DNA from: Vicugna vicugna
Lineage: Eukaryota
Direction: 5' to 3'
DNA length: 64,000 nt
NCBI GenBank assembly: GCA_013265495.1
Contig: MU061668.1
Location: 7,970,055 to 8,034,054 of the forward strand
The position numbers were made by a program, and so were the translations under genes. The notes beneath the pieces are model-generated. The model saw only the letters and a program-made list of their open reading frames with translations, was not told the DNA's origin and did not search any database. Numbering within the stretch: position 1 is the stretch's first letter; every line of letters begins with the position of its first letter. Positions 58,087-64,000 of the stretch are shown here, in pieces.

Positions 58087-59574
58087 CTGCCAACGAGAAC
58101 CCAGAGACAGTCAACACTGACAGACCAGTTATTGCACCCCACTTGGGACACCGAAACCTCACAAAGAGCAGAGCCAGCCACAAATCCTCACCAGCGGTCT
58201 AAGCTCGGACCAAGGGTGAACACCGTTCCACGCACTATTGTTCTCTGGAGTCTACAGCCTGAGTTTTCCTACATGGAGCCTTTAAAGCCACTGCTGTGGG
58301 ATGTCTCAGTTGGAGCAGCTGGAGTCACCTGGGCTTGGGAAGCACGCTAAGGCACGGCAGGCAACCTTTAGCCAATTAAGCACGACCGTCTGCACACATA
58401 CAAACCAACCCCACCCACAATGGAAACAGAATGTATTTCTGGTGATTGTGCCACGGCCACTCACGTGTTTAAGGACTTCTGTGAGCCCTCCCCCTTGCAC
58501 AGCCTTGTGGACACGTACAGATGTGTAGGACGCGCTCCCTGCCCCTGTAGGGCTCCGCACCGGGTTACGGTGGCACGCGCAGAAGTAAGGCTGAAGTGTA
58601 TAAGTAAAACGTGCTCCAGAAGCTACACAGACAATTATATTATAGAAGCTCAGAGCTGGCAAGGATGACACGGGGCTGGAGTGATCCCAAAATCTTCATG
58701 AAAAAAGATGATTTTCAAATCGCGTCTTATAGGACAGGTAAAGGGATGGTTAGATGAAGCAGCTCACAATGAACAGGTAACTCGCCTCTTGGATACACAT
58801 TTTTTGTTTTTGGACCCACTGCAAGCAATAGTATACATTGTTGATGTAAAAACACAATATGGTGTCTTAACTTCATTTATGAGCATTCTCTTTTCACCCC
58901 TTTGCAAACACCACGCTGTTGTGAGTTATTTACATAAAAATACAATACGGTCAATTTCCAGAGGAAGAAAACAAAGCTCCAAACAATATATTTGCTTCTC
59001 CCAGTTGGCTCTTTCTGCCAATTTCATATCCTCCCCCATTTGGAAAGATGGCATTTCCCTACAGAAGGTAACCCTAGGCTTGTAATCCCAGAAAAAACAC
59101 AAAATCTTACCAGCCTCCTCAAGCCCCTTAACTCCTCCATCTATAACCTCTCCCCACACCTAGCGCCTGATGTAGCAGGCCCCCCGCCCCAGAGAGCCGC
59201 CATGTTTCCATCTGCCCACGTGCACCTCCATCACTGGGGCCCTCCTTCCAGCCACTAGCCTGCATGCTACACTCACAGGTGTCTGCCTCATTTGCCCACA
59301 AAGCACTTCTTGATTGTGCCCTTCCTTCTCCCTCTCCCCGCTCTTCTTTACCTCTGGGTGTTTCTTACATACAACACAGGATCCATCCTTCCTGCGCGTG
59401 CTCCCTGGTTCTATCTTTTCCCCTCCAACCACTCCCAAGTACCAGTGACAAGTCCCCACCTGACGACGGCTTGGACTTATCACTCTGTGTGTCGCTGTTC
59501 TCCAAGACACCCACTCTGGAACAAGCTCAAGTCTTTAGGGTGCTCCATTGCCCTTCACTGCCTTTTATTTTCTT

Positions 59575-60125
59575 TTAGATTCTATTTCGTCCATCTATCC
59601 ATCCACTATTTACCGTGCCTCTGTCACGACTTGGTCACTATGCCCATCATAGGAGAAACAATGATGAGCAAAAAGGGGCCTGGACCCTGACACCCCCATG
59701 AACTGGCAGCTTTGTAAGGAAAAGACACAGTTGTTCAATAATCACCCTAGAGACTTCTGCTAAAGTAGCCTTTTATTCACTGACTTAGCAGAGTGCTGGC
59801 AAACGGTGCTGGCAGACACTCAGGGCCACCGCCCTGTTCTTCCTTGCTTTTCCTGGCTCTTCCCATGGCTAGGGTACCCCCATTCTTCACTTACACCACT
59901 CATGTCACCTCCTCAGTCACATTCTGTTTTATTCTTCATAGCAACTGGCCTCTGAAACAACCCTTCTATTTGCTGTTCACCTACTTACTCTCTGTCTTAG
60001 CCACAGTGCAAGCTCTCAGAGGGCAGGTGCCTCCCCTGTGTGGTTCACAGCCATCTCTGGAGCCCTCTGATGAGGCTCAGCACACAGAAGGTGCCCTATC
60101 GTTATCTGATGAAAGAACAAATACA
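59575..60125. mobile_element. Two L2 3'-end fragments in opposite orientation (about 59575-59740 minus, 59880-60125 plus)
   Basis: ccatctatccatccactatttaccgtgcct (reverse L2 end); ctcagcacacagaaggtgccc...tgatgaaagaa (forward L2 end). Confidence 0.5.
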
Positions 60126-61089
60126 ACTCGACCCTTTACGGCTCCTCCGAACTTGATTCCCCAGCTCCCTCAGACCCCGCTCAGATTCTGCTTATATTCA
60201 GCGGCCACAGCAGAAATAAACCCCTAACACAGATTAATTCTGGAAAATTGTTCAAGTATGAGAAACCAAGTTCCAATGGTTCACTGCTTTGAGAGCCGAT
60301 GGGTCCGCAGACAGACGAAAGGAGACGAGTGTGGGACTAAGACGGACCTACGGCCACCTCATCGCAGTGATAGCATTCTCCACGAAAAGAAGTCATGCAA
60401 CAGCTCACCCCACGGGGTCACGGGGAGACTGTGTGAGAAAGCGGCTGCTTGGGGCAATTAACTTCAGTTCCTGCCCCATTTGTCTTCTCATGGGATGGAG
60501 GCAACTTAAAAAGCATCCGTGGACAGTCCGGTCATTCAAGAAAGCGAATGCACTTAAAGGAAGTAAGTCAATAAATACACAGCTACAGCCAACCATCTGT
60601 CGTCTGTAACAGTGCAACAGACACGCCGATCACTGCTTAACGTGTAGCCAGGAAACCCAACGGATGTCAACTGATAGGGTCAAGGCAAGGAGACCTCGCA
60701 GGAAATGAGAGAAGGGCAACGGCCTGAGGATTACATGCTTCTATATATGCTTCTGCAACAGGCCGTGTATTTATTTAGCATTATTTATAACTGTCCTCAG
60801 CCCCTCAAGGATTTGAAGCCACTGTATAAACAAAATGTGATCAATAAAATAACCAAGTGGACAGTGGAGTATAGCGAGACAGGAGTAAGTACAGAAAACT
60901 GGAATCAAACAAGGTTGGGGACTGGAAGTCACGAGAAGTGATTCAGGGTAGTCTTGGACTTGGCTCCGAGGTACCCGGCCATCATGCTGGAAAGAGAGGT
61001 GAACTCTATCATGCCTCTTGGTTAACAGTCAAGACGAGAGATACCACTGGTGCCTCAAAGGAAGGAAAATGCCTCTTAATGGAGGGGTT

Positions 61090-61195
61090 AGTAGTGCAGG
61101 CTTTCCAGTAGGACCTCCTGGGTTCAAGACTCGGGTCTCTTACCCACTGGCTCTGTGACCCCAGGCAAGTAACTCAGCATCTCTGAACCCATGTG
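61090..61195 (+). mobile_element. MIR SINE fragment
   Basis: cctgggttcaagactc...ctctgtgaccccaggcaagtaactcagcatctctgaacc. Confidence 0.65.
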
Positions 61196-61791
61196 GAAGG
61201 ATGCCGAGGTGGACACAAAGCTCTTGACGTGGTGCCCACTGAGTGAGTTGGCTGTGTTTCTGTCCCACCATCACGTACATATCCATCCTGTGAAAACCCC
61301 ACAGGGCAGTCATCACCTGCCCGAGCAGCTACATGGTGAGAACCGTCTCCGGAGTCAGAGAGACCGGGCCTCAGCGACACCACTCACTACTGTAGCCAGT
61401 GTCACCTCAGAAAGAGACAATGTCTCTCAAACCCAAATTTCCTCCTCCACAGGATGGGCACCATCACAGGGTGCATCCTTCACGGGTGGTCCTGGAGCCC
61501 CAGGGTGATAAGTCACAGTAACGCTCACAGTGGCCAGCCCCTCCTGACTGCTGACCAAGGGCGAGGAACTCGGGGTACACCTTAGTGTAGACGTCCAGGG
61601 GAGGCTCAGGCCATGGAGGTGGTGCAGCAGCGAGGGGAGGCAGGAGTGGTGCTTCAAGTCTCCTGATCAAGAAGCTCAACAGAGATACTCTGGAAGGAAG
61701 AGGCCTGGTCTCCCGAAGGGAAGTGGCCGTATCTTGTACACGATGAGAAGAGAAAATGACAACAGCTTGGAGGACCAGAACTTCAGCACCC

Positions 61792-61793
<2 letters not shown>

Positions 61794-61828
<35 letters not shown>
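61794..61828. repeat. (AC)17 microsatellite
   Basis: Perfect dinucleotide run. Confidence 0.95.
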
Positions 61829-61831
<3 letters not shown>

Positions 61832-63164
61832 GCTCCTCCGAGGAATGCCAAGGCTCCACAGAACATCCCAAACCAGTCCCTTCTGACCACGCTCAGGGGT
61901 GGCTGGGTGACAGGATGGCCCGAGTTTTACTCTTGCTCTCAGATAGCTGTCAAGTGGACAAGCTTTACCCCCCTCAGGCTGCTTGAGCTAAACGGGGATT
62001 AAGGAACTGAGGTTTTAGTTTAAAATAATAAGGAAACCGCCCTTTCGGGTCACTCTTAAAAGTAAGAAAATATCCCTTGATTGGCCTGGCAGCCACGCAC
62101 CCACCACACCCAGCCAAGTCCTCGCAAAGGAATAGAGCGTGATTTATGACAAGCCCGCCCAGGTTCTGAAACCAGAGGCGGCCTGAGGTTAGGGACCAGC
62201 AGAAAACAGGCTGCAAGTGTGCAAGAGCTGGGGGTGGACTCCTTTCTTTAGGAGGAAGAGGTCACGGCCCCAGTCACCCTGAGCAGGAAGGGGTCCGGGA
62301 GGAAGAATGGGAGATGCCGGCCCTCCCCACACACCAGACACACACCGGGGAAGGTGAGTGAATGAGCACCTTACTGAAAAGCCATCTTCCCCGAGCTCGA
62401 GGGTTGGAGGGGGTGAAAGACAGGCTTTGAACCCTGGAACCCAGAGCTAGGCAGCCTGTACCTCCAAGGACATGAGGCCATTGTGATGGGAGGAGCCCTT
62501 TCCGGGCATCTCGGCTACACAAAGGGACAGAAGCAAGAAGCAGAAGCAGCTCTGATCCAGGGTGGGGCCTGACAGGAGCAGGGACGGTATGGGGAGGGCA
62601 GGCCCCAGCACTCCTGGGACAGCTACGAGACTCAGACCCTTCCCCAGAGGAAAGCATCTCCGCCCTGCGGTGGTCCACCTTCTAGAAACCCCCATGCTGG
62701 GCCTTGCGAGAATCCGGAGAGTGAGCTTTTCTATCTGACTGCCTCATACAACTCAACCCTGACCAACACACCCCATGACACCCACTCTGGGTGCCTACTT
62801 ATCTGCCGCAGAATGAATTATGTTCTCAGACTACGTGCAAGAATTTGAAAAATGTGACTGCTGAGTGGTACTGAATGCTTGTGCTTCCAGGAGCTGATGG
62901 AGATTCTTCCCTGGAGTCTGAATTTCCTCTTTTCACCCTGCCTCTGGCACACGAGGGCCTCAGCCCTGGCCCTGCCTTCTCCAGGACTTGAAGGCTTGTC
63001 TCCAACCGGACAAACCCATTCCTGCCCAGCTCCTACAGATGCTCTGCTGGTGACAGAGTAACCACGAGGTGTGGGGTTTCCTTGCGGGGCTTTCTTCCTA
63101 CACTGGTGACTGCCTGAGACTTCACCCCTCCCTGGGGAGTCCTGCTCTGTAAATTATATTACCG

Positions 63165-63390
63165 TGAATGGTAACGGAACACTTCCAATTTGCCAGGCAC
63201 TGCCCAGGTGCTTTGTACATGGTATCTCACTTAATCCTTGTAACTACCTATGAGGTCTGGGCTATTACTATCCCCACTTTACAGATGAAGACACTGAGGC
63301 TCAGAGAGGTCACATGACATGCCAAATCAGACAGCTCGGAAGTGGCGGTAGTGCCCCAGGACTCAGCCCCATTCGTCTGACGCTTCAGCC
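63165..63390 (-). mobile_element. MIR SINE (well preserved)
   Basis: ttgccaggcactg...ttaatcct...ccccactttacagatgaagacactgaggctcagagaggt. Confidence 0.8.
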
Positions 63391-63774
63391 CTTGCCCTCA
63401 ACCACCCTGCTGTGTTCAGGACCTCTCACCTGAGCCAGAGTGTGTCAAACTCCAAACACCTTCTGGCTTTTTATAACACACTCCCCCACCAATCACCCCG
63501 CGTCTCTCAGCTGCACAAACACAGACTCTTCTCACAGTACAGACTGGCTGTGTCAGGAATACAGGTGAATGGGCCCAATGCACTTGCTAACATGCGCTCC
63601 CAAACCAGCCCCTTCTGCTCTTCAAAGCTTTGCCAGGGCTGGGAGTTACAGATTGTTAACCAAACCACCGCCATGCAACAACCACTGTAGGTCTTGAGTC
63701 CTTTCCTTAGAAAGCCATGACAATAATCAAAACCCAAAGATCACAAACCATGAACTGGGTGGTAAAATGCACGT

Positions 63775-63990
63775 GGCTGAGGCACAGGAGCCTGGAGAAC
63801 TGCAGGTCTGGAAACCTCAATTTTAGCCACTGCTCCCCTCTAACCAGGCACGTGAGCTTGGGCAAGCTGCATCAACCGCATCTGTGCCCCGGGCTCCTTC
63901 TGTGAAAAACAAGTCTCTTACCACCTGCCTTGTCTGCATCACATGGATGCTGGGGTCCATCAAGGTCACAGTTATGAAACACTCCATGTG
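63775..63990 (+). mobile_element. MIR SINE fragment
   Basis: gtgagcttgggcaagctgcatcaaccgcatctgtgccccggg. Confidence 0.5.
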
Positions 63991-64000
63991 AAAAACACTT

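Noticed and set aside
58087-64000. EGOT lncRNA or the preceding ITPR1 exon (...GGNTTIQ)
   Set aside because: No sequence encoding that peptide was seen and EGOT cannot be recognised by eye; both probably lie beyond the right edge of the window.

Overview
Mammalian genomic DNA, not prokaryotic: no CRISPR array, operon or rRNA. The window holds 16 consecutive coding exons of ITPR1 (IP3 receptor type 1) on the minus strand, from 58086 down to 13883. They splice into one open frame of 2484 nt (828 aa), from [10 protein letters not shown] to SYVAEMIK, covering the distal ARM region, the Ca2+-sensor region, the transmembrane channel (S1-S6, GGGVGD filter) and the CFIC..H..H linker. The exons before HSFF and the last exons (ERNLDW onwards) were not found and lie outside the window. 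The introns contain old repeats (MIR, L2, L1M, hAT MERs, a MaLR LTR), two younger L1 3' ends, one tRNA-Ala-derived SINE that suggests a camelid genome, and a 172-nt assembly gap. I found no clearly new biological system. The best leads are a GC-AG intron, an L1 tail inserted inside the 3' splice site of the S4-S5/S5 exon, four unannotated exon candidates (two stop-containing, two in-frame), a triple CCTATAAAA cluster, and a 37-bp minisatellite of CRE-like sites. Exon boundaries were read base by base. Repeat boundaries and family names come from visual recognition and are approximate.
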